Source: a virus. Taken from it: 39,466 nt of DNA. The DNA lies in the IMG/VR virus record IMGVR_UViG_3300042743_000016. One strand, written 5' to 3'. Shown one piece after another: positions 30,576-37,884 of this stretch. A program made the position numbers and the translations under genes. Under the pieces are notes generated by a model. The model did not search any database. It had not been told where the DNA came from and saw only the letters and a program-made list of their open reading frames with translations. The stretch's first letter is position 1, and every line of letters begins with the position of its first letter.

Positions 30576-30612
30576 AAAAAAGCCCCTGCACTCCACTCTG
30601 GAATACAGGGGC
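30576..30612 (-). terminator. Intrinsic terminator ending the late/lysis operon
   Basis: Minus-strand GCCCCTG...CAGGGGC hairpin with inner TCCA/TGGA pairing, followed by TTTTTT, 25 nt after the Rz stop. Confidence 0.75.
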
Positions 30613-30636
30613 AACGCTCTGGCAAGCGAGGAGACA

Positions 30637-31200
30637 TCAGTTCGTGGCGGCATGGGCCGCCTGCCAGCCCGAGAGGCATTCGCTCAGGGCTTGGCGGGCA
30701 AGGTTGGCTGAGGCGCTGAATCGGCCGAGCTCAACCCGACCCTGCGCATCGACGACGAGAAGATCTCGTCCATCCACTTCGCGAAGTCCGGCAGGGACTG
30801 GCTCACCTCCACCAGGGCCGGTGGCGGAGGTGGCACCCGCACCTGGGTCTGCGCGACAGAGACGGACGGGGCGGGCGAGCTGGCGCAGCCGCTCAGCAGC
30901 AGCAGCGGCAGCAGCGCCCATGTCCAGGCGAGCTTGGGTGACGGCATTGTTGGCCTCCATGACCTTGTCGATGAGGGGCGCTTCCTTAGCGCGGGCTTTG
31001 GAAATCTCGGACGTGATCGCGTCGCGGCTGGCCAGCTGCACCTGCAGCAGCTCGGCCCGGGCCACGCCGGCATCGGCCCGGGCGTGCGCCATTCCCGCAT
31101 CGAGGCGCAGCACCAGGGCGGCCAGCACAGCCACCACGATGGCCCAGCACCAGCCGGGCACCAGGCCGGTAGCGCGGGTGATCCAGATCAGCACAGCCAT
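30637..31200 (-). CDS. Rz: i-spanin (Rz-like)
   Basis: 187 aa from the ATG at 31200, 3 nt after the endolysin stop. N-terminal TM segment GLVPGWCWAIVVAVLAALVL followed by a coiled coil. The track ORF start at 31446 lies inside the endolysin gene. Confidence 0.75.
   Translation of the reverse strand: MAVLIWITRATGLVPGWCWAIVVAVLAALVLRLDAGMAHARADAGVARAELLQVQLASRDAITSEISKARAKEAPLIDKVMEANNAVTQARLDMGAAAAAAAERLRQLARPVRLCRADPGAGATSATGPGGGEPVPAGLREVDGRDLLVVDAQGRVELGRFSASANLARQALSECLSGWQAAHAATN
30684..30947 (-). CDS. Rz1: o-spanin (Rz1-like lipoprotein) embedded in Rz in another frame
   Basis: 87 aa. MPSPKLAWTWALLPLLLLSGC has a signal sequence plus lipobox. The mature part is Pro-rich (VPPPPP). Confidence 0.75.
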   Translation of the reverse strand: MPSPKLAWTWALLPLLLLSGCASSPAPSVSVAQTQVRVPPPPPALVEVSQSLPDFAKWMDEIFSSSMRRVGLSSADSAPQPTLPAKP

Positions 31201-31202
31201 GG

Positions 31203-31718
31203 TCAGCTCCCGAACACAAAGCGGCGCGCACGCACCCAGTGCGCCGGCCAGGTCTGAGGGTGTGGCTGGCCCGGGCGCCAGTTGCGCTCGTAGTAGGCCC
31301 AGCCAGCCTCGGTGTCGTTGGGCGTGGGCAGCGGGCGCGGGTCGGTCCATAGCAGCAGGCGGGCGAATGTGGCGGCCAGCACGTCGTCGTGCTCCAGCTC
31401 GCCCCACACGGCCAGCGCCGTGGGCGCCACACCGCGGCGGGCGCACGCTTGTGCTGCCAGCTCTTTTGTGGCCGCGTGGGTCAGCACGCCCTTGACGCCG
31501 CCGCCCTGCTCAAACTGCCACAGGCCGCGGGCTGGGCCTTTGCTGCCACCGTTGAGCACCTGCCAACGGTGGACCAGCTTGGACTCCTGCAGTCCGATGG
31601 CCAGCTGGAGTTGCAGGGCCGCCGGGCTGTAGAGCTTCGGTGGCAGATCGGCCAGCGCCGGGAAGACTGAGGTGTCGAGGATCTGCTGCAGCAGGGGGTC
31701 GCGGACGGTCGGGCTCAT
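31203..31718 (-). CDS. Endolysin, lytic transglycosylase (SLT)-like (putative)
   Basis: 171 aa from the ATGA-coupled ATG at 31718. AIGLQESK...ARGLWQFE resembles the SLT E-S...GLMQ motifs. Confidence 0.6.
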   Translation of the reverse strand: MSPTVRDPLLQQILDTSVFPALADLPPKLYSPAALQLQLAIGLQESKLVHRWQVLNGGSKGPARGLWQFEQGGGVKGVLTHAATKELAAQACARRGVAPTALAVWGELEHDDVLAATFARLLLWTDPRPLPTPNDTEAGWAYYERNWRPGQPHPQTWPAHWVRARRFVFGS

Positions 31719-32011
31719 GGATGCACCTCGTTGTCGTCGCTCAGGTGGGGCCGCAGGATGTCCACCGCGCGGAAGTGCAGCACCTTGGCCGCCGTGCCCA
31801 GGGCATACGACAGCAGTCCCACGGCCAGCAGGGCGCAGGCCGGGTTGATCCACTGCGCGCGCCACACGTGCTCAAGCAGTGCCAAGCACGCCAGCGCGAC
31901 GCAGGCCAGGCCCAGGCGCTGCGCCAGGTTGTCGCGGTAGTGGGGAGACAGCGCCCCGACGATGCACAGCAGGGCCACCAGCCCCAGGCAGATCATGGAG
32001 AGGATGGCCAT
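31715..32011 (-). CDS. 98-aa three-TM membrane protein (second holin/antiholin candidate)
   Basis: Three hydrophobic helices. Lies between the holin and the endolysin. Confidence 0.6.
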   Translation of the reverse strand: MAILSMICLGLVALLCIVGALSPHYRDNLAQRLGLACVALACLALLEHVWRAQWINPACALLAVGLLSYALGTAAKVLHFRAVDILRPHLSDDNEVHP

Positions 32012-32014
32012 GGC

Positions 32015-32350
32015 TCACTCCCCCCGCTTGGCAGGCAAGCCCATCCGGGTGCGCGCCCACTCGATCACCGCGGCCCACAGGTCGCCCGCCGCAATGGCCG
32101 CGATGGACTCGTGCACCTTGGTGGCGATGGACATGCCAAACAAGCCCAGAGCCCAGCCGATGAGGCCGTCGGCGTTCATGGCACCAAGCCACCCGGCCAC
32201 AGGGTGCGTGCCGTAGTAGCTCAGGGTTGCGCCGCCGATGACCAGCAGCAGCTTGGCCGTGGGCGCGCCCTCAGTCCAGCGCAGGGCGATGAGGGCACCC
32301 AGCAGACCAGGCGCGGCGTCTTTGGCTTCGGGGGGGATGTGCAATGGCAT
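32015..32350 (-). CDS. Holin (putative)
   Basis: 111 aa from the ATG at 32350 (the track start is TTG). Multiple TM segments and a charged C-terminus ARTRMGLPAKRGE. First gene of the lysis cassette. Confidence 0.6.
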   Translation of the reverse strand: MPLHIPPEAKDAAPGLLGALIALRWTEGAPTAKLLLVIGGATLSYYGTHPVAGWLGAMNADGLIGWALGLFGMSIATKVHESIAAIAAGDLWAAVIEWARTRMGLPAKRGE

Positions 32351-32364
32351 GCTGCTTTCCAATG

Positions 32365-32394
32365 AAAAAACCCGCCGGATTGCCCGGGGCGGGT
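32365..32394 (-). terminator. Intrinsic terminator immediately upstream of the holin gene
   Basis: Minus-strand ACCCGCC...GGCGGGT hairpin followed by TTTTTT. Confidence 0.7.
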
Positions 32395-32413
32395 TGTGTG
32401 GGTGAGAGGCGGC

Positions 32414-32608
32414 CTACTTCTTCGGCGCCAGGGACTCGGCCATTTGCAAGGCCTGCGCGGACTGTTCCAGCACCCTCATGCGCACTTCGGCGGTGGTCTC
32501 GGTGCTGACCAGCTTGCGCCGAAAGTCGTGCATCCGGTCGCCCAGTTGCGCAAGCTGCCAGCGGACGATGGCGAGCTGATCGGCTGGGGTGTACCTGGGC
32601 TGGCGCAT
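32414..32608 (-). CDS. Hypothetical 64-aa protein
   Basis: TGATG-coupled ATG at 32608 (MRQPRYTPADQLAIVRW...). The upstream part of track ORF 32414..32800 looks like junk. Confidence 0.5.
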   Translation of the reverse strand: MRQPRYTPADQLAIVRWQLAQLGDRMHDFRRKLVSTETTAEVRMRVLEQSAQALQMAESLAPKK

Positions 32609-32772
32609 CACTGCACGCACAGCACCGGAGCCACCACACACGTGAGCGTGGGCGAGCCGCCGCCAGTCGGTGGAGACACAGGCATCGTCGGGCCGGTGGA
32701 GGTGCCGGGGCGCAGTGCTGCGTGCGCCGTGCCTGCGAGCAGGGCCAGCGTGAGGATGATGATGCGGGTCAT
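32608..32772 (-). CDS. 54-aa secreted peptide with a cleavable-type signal sequence
   Basis: Not in the track. MTRIIILTLALLAGTAHA-ALRPGTSTGPTMPVSPPTGGGSPTLTCVVAPVLCVQ. About 83% G/C at third positions (45/54 by hand). Confidence 0.5.
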   Translation of the reverse strand: MTRIIILTLALLAGTAHAALRPGTSTGPTMPVSPPTGGGSPTLTCVVAPVLCVQ

Positions 32773-32784
32773 GGGGGCGTCCTG

Positions 32785-34575
32785 TCAGGTGTTGGCCCAA
32801 TCGCGGATCGCCGAAGCGACGCGGTAGCCCCAGTGCCGATTGAACGTCACGTTGGGGTGTGCGCCGCTGCCGGCGTAGTCGGCCGTGTCGAAGAAGTAGT
32901 CGCTGTTGAAACCCAGCTGGTTGTCGATCTTGCCGTTGCCCTCACTCCACGGCGTTGCGGCCGTGAGCCCAGGGACGAACCACACATTGGCATCGCCACT
33001 CGCTGCCACGTAGGCCGCGTGAGCGTTCGCCAGCTGCGTTTCCCACGCCTGCGCAGTGGCGTTGGTCTCGCCCTCCAGCCGCATCGTCCCGAATACCAGC
33101 ACGGGCAGATCAGCGCCACGGGGGTCTGCGCGCAATGTGCTCATGTAGCTTGCAAACGATTTGGGATCGCTCGCTGCGACTGTGCTGCCGCCGTTGTGGT
33201 TGCCGCCGATCAAATGCAGATCGGGTGTCTCGTCGAGAACAGCCGGGATACGCTGATAGAAATACGTTCCATTGCCGACGTTGTTGGACTCAAACCCGGT
33301 GGCGCCGATGGACAAGTTGATGTTGCGATTTTGGCCGAGCCAATCCATCGCGGTGTGCAGCCAGTCGTTGAAGCCAAACCCCGTCGCGCCAATCGAGTCA
33401 CCCTCCAGGGTCGTGATGATCTGAGCCGGGGCAGACCATGGGCGCATCTGCGAGCGCGGGTTGATGTACCACTCCCAGCCGACTGTTGCATCGGTGACGC
33501 TATGGCAGCGAACGCTTTTCCAAACGCCAAGGCCACCCCAGCGCGAAAGATCAATCACCAAGACGCCTGGGTTCACTCCAGGTGTGAGGACGCCGCCGCC
33601 GTCCGTACCCAAGGAAAGGCTCGAATCAACCATCAAGCGCCCGTTGACCTCAATGGTCGCCCGGTTGTAGCGACTCATTTCATTGATCGACGCCAGGACC
33701 ACGTAGTCGCTGTCGGTTTCGAAAGCGAATCCGCCGCGCGAGTCCGACAAGTTGGGATCTTGCACCGACCCCAAGACGCCGCCATGCGGCCCGCGGGCCG
33801 TGAGCCAATCGCGCCCGAAGTTCGTATTCCAGACGGCGCGACCCGACGTCGGCGACATCAGAATGTTGGTCCGCGTTGGAGTAACGTTTTTCGCGCCGGC
33901 CGGGATGCCTGCAGCACGGGTCGTGACGCTGAGCGCATCCGTCGGCACTCCGTACACACTGCGCGCGCGGCCACGGTAGGTGAATTTGGCAGTGCCGTCC
34001 GTGACCGCCCGCCGGTTCGTGCCGCCCGTCAGGGTGCCCGTGGTCGCCGTCACACCGGCTTGGCCGCAGACGTACTCACTCACGCCGTCCTCAGCCAGCA
34101 CGGCGTTGCCCGCCGCGTAGTACGTGTTCCGGGCGAGTGCTCGGGGCAAAAACCAGGGGTCATTGGCCCGGATGTTGTTGCCCCAGGCTGCCGCAGACGA
34201 CACGCGCAGGGCGGCTTTGACACGGTCGGTTTTGGTGCCACCGCCCCCCAAGGGCTGGCCGGTCGCGGGGTCGATGAGGCCGGTTGGTGCGCCGGTAGAG
34301 GCAGAGCGCGACACCGCAGCAGGCACGCTTGCAGGCGTCGGGTCACCAGCAACGATGTCATACGTCAGCACGCCCGTGGTGCTGATGGACACATCCGACG
34401 AGGCTGTTTGAGGGCCATAGACGAAGGCGTTTGCACCTAGGGCGAAGGTCGCATCTTCACGGGTGGCACTTGAGCCGGTAACAGTCTCGACACCCGACTG
34501 ATTGCGGATGATGAGCGAAGACCCCTTCGGGACGTTGATGCGCAAAGCGCCGGAGCCGTTGGCAAGAGTGGGCAT
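32785..34575 (-). CDS. Tailspike/tail protein with a C-terminal SGNH/GDSL-type esterase domain
   Basis: 596 aa. Block I LEGDSIG, block III-like GGNHNG and block V-like GSGAHPN. N-terminal beta-rich region. Confidence 0.7.
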   Translation of the reverse strand: MPTLANGSGALRINVPKGSSLIIRNQSGVETVTGSSATREDATFALGANAFVYGPQTASSDVSISTTGVLTYDIVAGDPTPASVPAAVSRSASTGAPTGLIDPATGQPLGGGGTKTDRVKAALRVSSAAAWGNNIRANDPWFLPRALARNTYYAAGNAVLAEDGVSEYVCGQAGVTATTGTLTGGTNRRAVTDGTAKFTYRGRARSVYGVPTDALSVTTRAAGIPAGAKNVTPTRTNILMSPTSGRAVWNTNFGRDWLTARGPHGGVLGSVQDPNLSDSRGGFAFETDSDYVVLASINEMSRYNRATIEVNGRLMVDSSLSLGTDGGGVLTPGVNPGVLVIDLSRWGGLGVWKSVRCHSVTDATVGWEWYINPRSQMRPWSAPAQIITTLEGDSIGATGFGFNDWLHTAMDWLGQNRNINLSIGATGFESNNVGNGTYFYQRIPAVLDETPDLHLIGGNHNGGSTVAASDPKSFASYMSTLRADPRGADLPVLVFGTMRLEGETNATAQAWETQLANAHAAYVAASGDANVWFVPGLTAATPWSEGNGKIDNQLGFNSDYFFDTADYAGSGAHPNVTFNRHWGYRVASAIRDWANT

Positions 34576-34590
34576 GGTTCACCTCAAATG

Positions 34591-34611
34591 AAAAAAGGCC
34601 CCGTAGGGCCT
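34591..34611 (-). terminator. Intrinsic terminator between the tail fibre and tailspike genes
   Basis: Minus-strand AGGCCC-TACG-GGGCCT hairpin followed by TTTTTT. Confidence 0.65.
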
Positions 34612-34631
34612 TGTGCGTGAAAGTGGGGGGT

Positions 34632-35435
34632 TCAGAGTGCGATGTAAACGCGGGTCATCAAACCGGCTGCGAGGTTCTTGGAGCCACCCGCACTCGTTGC
34701 GCTCGCTGTGTGGGTGTGAGCGCCTGCCCCGGAGGTGGATATGGCGCTGGGGGCTTGACCACCTGCGGCAGTGATTTGCGATGTGCCGCCATTGCCGCCC
34801 GTGACGCTGAATGTGTGCGTGTGATCGGGAACGCCATCGACCGTGATCGTGTGTGTGTGGGCCAGATTCGCGCCGACAGTGCGAGACAGCACAGCCGACG
34901 ACACAGCAGCCACTAGCGCGTCACCGTCTTGGATGTTTGGCAGCGGGAATCGCTTGTTTGCCGCGAAGTCGGCAGCAGCAGAAGCGCCACGCGTCGAAGC
35001 TGCACCCGCGCTGTCCTGAATTGGAAAGTCGGTGTTGTTCGTGACCGCCCACAGCAGCGCGAACAGGTCAGCCGTATCCGCATTTGCTCGGTTGGTTGCG
35101 CCAGATGCAGCCGAACCAATCGTGCCGCCGTTGGGGTTCACCGTGCCAGCCGGGGCCGTCGTCTTGGCTGACAGCACCCATTCGCCCGTGTCCCACCGCT
35201 TGATGCCGAGCGTTACCTGTGCTGCTGCTTGGTCCGCATCGTCCAACAGGGTCAGCGCAAAGGCCGACACAGCCGAGGCGGCGAGCTTCGTGGCGATGGC
35301 GTCACGGTTCTGCGCGTCGAAGGCGTAACCCTGCCGAATGTGGTCATCCAGCTCAGGAAACGGGTTCTCGCCACCAGAGGGGGAATTGCTGGCCGCTGTC
35401 GTGGACAGCGATGCAAGGGAATTAGGTACAGGCAT
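34632..35435 (-). CDS. Tail fibre protein with a C-terminal tail-collar-like HxH repeats
   Basis: N-terminal NSLASLSTTAASNSPSGGENPFPELDDHIRQG is a typical fibre N-terminus. C-terminal AHTHTITVDGVPDHTHTF...GAHTHTA. ATG at 35435 follows GAGGTG (the track start is GTG). Confidence 0.75.
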   Translation of the reverse strand: MPVPNSLASLSTTAASNSPSGGENPFPELDDHIRQGYAFDAQNRDAIATKLAASAVSAFALTLLDDADQAAAQVTLGIKRWDTGEWVLSAKTTAPAGTVNPNGGTIGSAASGATNRANADTADLFALLWAVTNNTDFPIQDSAGAASTRGASAAADFAANKRFPLPNIQDGDALVAAVSSAVLSRTVGANLAHTHTITVDGVPDHTHTFSVTGGNGGTSQITAAGGQAPSAISTSGAGAHTHTASATSAGGSKNLAAGLMTRVYIAL

Positions 35436-35447
35436 GGGCACCTCAAA

Positions 35448-35476
35448 GAAAAAGCCCGCAGGACGAACCGTGCGGG
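35448..35476 (-). terminator. Intrinsic terminator upstream of the tail fibre gene
   Basis: Minus-strand CCCGCA-N10-TGCGGG hairpin followed by CTTTTTC. Confidence 0.7.
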
Positions 35477-35477
35477 T

Positions 35478-35506
35478 TTGGTGAAACAGGGCGATTTGCC
35501 TAGAAT
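35478..35506 (+). promoter_or_regulatory. Candidate plus-strand promoter inside the late operon (TTGGTG-N17-TAGAAT)
   Basis: Read directly. Lies 24 nt upstream of the ATG at 35530. Confidence 0.3.
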
Positions 35507-35529
35507 CGGGGGATTACTAGGGGGTGGGG

Positions 35530-35634
35530 ATGGATGACGTGAACAGGCTGTTTGGCCTCAATCCGGGGTTCGTTGGCTGGATCGGTGCAATGCTGGTCTT
35601 AGCGATTTGGAATCACCTGCGGGGCCGTAAGTAG
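35530..35634 (+). CDS. 34-aa hydrophobic micro-ORF antisense to the late operon
   Basis: Not in the track. MDDVNRLFGLNPGFVGWIGAMLVLAIWNHLRGRK. G-rich SD-like tract directly upstream. The last 36 nt overlap the 3' end of the convergent 761-aa gene. Confidence 0.3.
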   Translation: MDDVNRLFGLNPGFVGWIGAMLVLAIWNHLRGRK

Positions 35635-37884
35635 CCCGCCATACAGCAGGCCAGGCGCAAGTCGATCAGACATCGACATGACTTCTTGAGGCGTCAACAG
35701 GCCGCGAGACGTGTTCAGCGCCCGCGATGCCTGCATTCCGTTGATCTTCCCGGTGATGGTGTCGCTCAGACCAAGCGGCACCTTGGAGCCAATCGAGGCC
35801 AGGAAATCCAGCCCCTTGCCAAGCGCCAGCGCGCCGCTGTTGGAGTTGTTGACGGCAGAGCCGCGAGGCTGGAACTGCGCAAACGATGACACCCGGCCAA
35901 CGGCTTGAAGCTGGGCGATTTCATCGGGCGAGAAGAACAGAGCCAACTTGCGCTCACCGATGTCGCGCAATGCCTTGTTGTAGGCCGATTGGCTGAAGTT
36001 GCCCACCTCGTCGGCAGCGCCACCCAATGCCTTTTGCTTCAGGTGGTCAGCAATGGCGTTCTTCACTGCGGCCATGGCCTGAGCGCCTTCCGCCTGCGGG
36101 AGCGCACGAATCTGCGCAGCCGTCGCGGGCAGGTTCTCAGGATTCACGCGGCCAGTGCGGAGGATGCTTGCCATCGCTTCAACGTCGCGCACGTTGGCCC
36201 GCCCGCCCGTTCCCGTCACGAACTGGCTCAGGAACTTGTCAGGCGCTGCGCCGTTCATCGCGGCATCAAGTGCGGGGGTGTTCTCCACCGTCTTCATGAA
36301 TTGGCGATTGGCAGAGCGTGCGCGGCCAAACGCATCAATCGCATCTTGTCCGGCTTGGGCCATGTTTGGCGGAATCTGGCCCGGAATCGCTGGCAGGTTG
36401 CCGGGGTTGACTGAACCGCCTTGCATGACGGGCGCGTTATCCAGCGCATCACGAACGATGCCGAGGCCGTGGCGCAAGTCGCCGTTGTCGCCTGCGCCTT
36501 GGATGCGCCGATAGAGGTTCTTGACCAATTGCTGCTGATACTCCACCGTCAGCGGGGCATCACCACGGGTCAGCGCGTTCAGGATTTCATCAATCTCAGG
36601 CGGCAGCTTGCCCACCATGTCCTGCTGGAGTTGGCGCGTCGCTTGCTGCGCTGCTGCGGGGCCGTTCAAGACAACCTGACGGCCTTGCGAGTCACGCGCA
36701 GCGCCATACAGGTTGCCGATGTTGTCTTGTTGACGCCCCGCGTAGGAGTTCAGTGCACCGATCAGCGTTTCGCCCGTCGTCAGCGGGTCTTGGGCCTGCG
36801 CCGCGCCTGCGTCGTTCAGGTTGTTGATGAAGGCGTTGTTGTTGCGGTTCTCGACCTGCGCAAGCTGCTGCAACGACGAGTCAGACGAGTTCGCGCCGAT
36901 CTTGGACAGGTTCTTTTCTCGGGTGATCTGCACAGGGTCAAGCGTGAGCCCGCCCACGGTAGGCGTAGCGCCAACGCGGCGATAGTCGATCAGGCGGCGC
37001 AGTGCACCACCATCCAACTCGGTGCCAGTGTCAAGGGCTTGCCGGACATCGTTGCGCACAGCCGCTTTCGTGCGTGCGTCGATGCCTGCCCAGTCAATGC
37101 CCTGACGCCTCAGGGTCAGATTGATCGTGTTCTCTACGTTGCGCTCAACCATCTGAGGCGCGACACGGTTTGCGACGAAGTTGCCCGCCTTCTGCCCCAG
37201 CGTCTTGAGCCCGCCAACAGCAGTGGGCGCAGCCAAGCCACCAGCCAAACCGGCAACAGCCTGCATGATGGGATCGCCGCCAGCCTCACGCGAGGCACCA
37301 GAGGCCAGGCCAGCGCCAGCAGCCGAAATGGCCTGGTTGCCGACGTTCTGCCCGAGGAATTGGCCAGCGCGACCGACAACGCCAGGCAGTTGAGCCAGAC
37401 CACGGCCAGCGCCAGCAATGCCGCCAGCACCAGCGACCATACGGCTTGCGTCTGCAATGACGCGCTCATTCGCGCCTTCGGGCTTTGGCAGTCCGATGCG
37501 GTCGGCCAGGTCGGCCGCAAATTGACCAAGGGGCTTGCCTTGCGGGGCTTGCTTGCCGGTCACGAGGTTAGACAAAGACGGCTTGAACAGCGCACGCGAC
37601 AGCGGATCGGTGATGTTCTGGCGAATGGGCTCTGTGACGATCTCAGCCGCTTGTGCGGGGCCTTCGATCAGGTAGCGCGCAGCGAGGCCAAGTTGACGCG
37701 GAATCTGGTTGATGGCGGAGCCAGCCTCAACAGCAGCAGGACGCCCACCATCCAACGACGCCACAGACTTGCCGAAGTCCTGCTGTGCGCGGGCCGACAC
37801 TTGATCCGGCGTCAGGTTGTCCGGGGCCTGCTGATAGACGTGCTTGGTGCCGTCCTCAAAGGTGACGGTGATGTTGCGCGGCAT
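35599..37884 (-). CDS. Large internal virion/ejection protein (putative)
   Basis: 761-aa Ala/Gly/Gln-rich protein, TAATG-coupled, in the block of internal proteins typical of podoviruses. Confidence 0.65.
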   Translation of the reverse strand: MPRNITVTFEDGTKHVYQQAPDNLTPDQVSARAQQDFGKSVASLDGGRPAAVEAGSAINQIPRQLGLAARYLIEGPAQAAEIVTEPIRQNITDPLSRALFKPSLSNLVTGKQAPQGKPLGQFAADLADRIGLPKPEGANERVIADASRMVAGAGGIAGAGRGLAQLPGVVGRAGQFLGQNVGNQAISAAGAGLASGASREAGGDPIMQAVAGLAGGLAAPTAVGGLKTLGQKAGNFVANRVAPQMVERNVENTINLTLRRQGIDWAGIDARTKAAVRNDVRQALDTGTELDGGALRRLIDYRRVGATPTVGGLTLDPVQITREKNLSKIGANSSDSSLQQLAQVENRNNNAFINNLNDAGAAQAQDPLTTGETLIGALNSYAGRQQDNIGNLYGAARDSQGRQVVLNGPAAAQQATRQLQQDMVGKLPPEIDEILNALTRGDAPLTVEYQQQLVKNLYRRIQGAGDNGDLRHGLGIVRDALDNAPVMQGGSVNPGNLPAIPGQIPPNMAQAGQDAIDAFGRARSANRQFMKTVENTPALDAAMNGAAPDKFLSQFVTGTGGRANVRDVEAMASILRTGRVNPENLPATAAQIRALPQAEGAQAMAAVKNAIADHLKQKALGGAADEVGNFSQSAYNKALRDIGERKLALFFSPDEIAQLQAVGRVSSFAQFQPRGSAVNNSNSGALALGKGLDFLASIGSKVPLGLSDTITGKINGMQASRALNTSRGLLTPQEVMSMSDRLAPGLLYGGLLTAPQVIPNR

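Noticed and set aside
34632-35441. Possible diversity-generating retroelement acting on the tail fibre, since related podophages such as BPP-1 have one.
   Set aside because: No reverse transcriptase ORF exists anywhere in the window. I also found no template/variable repeat pair matching the fibre 3' end.
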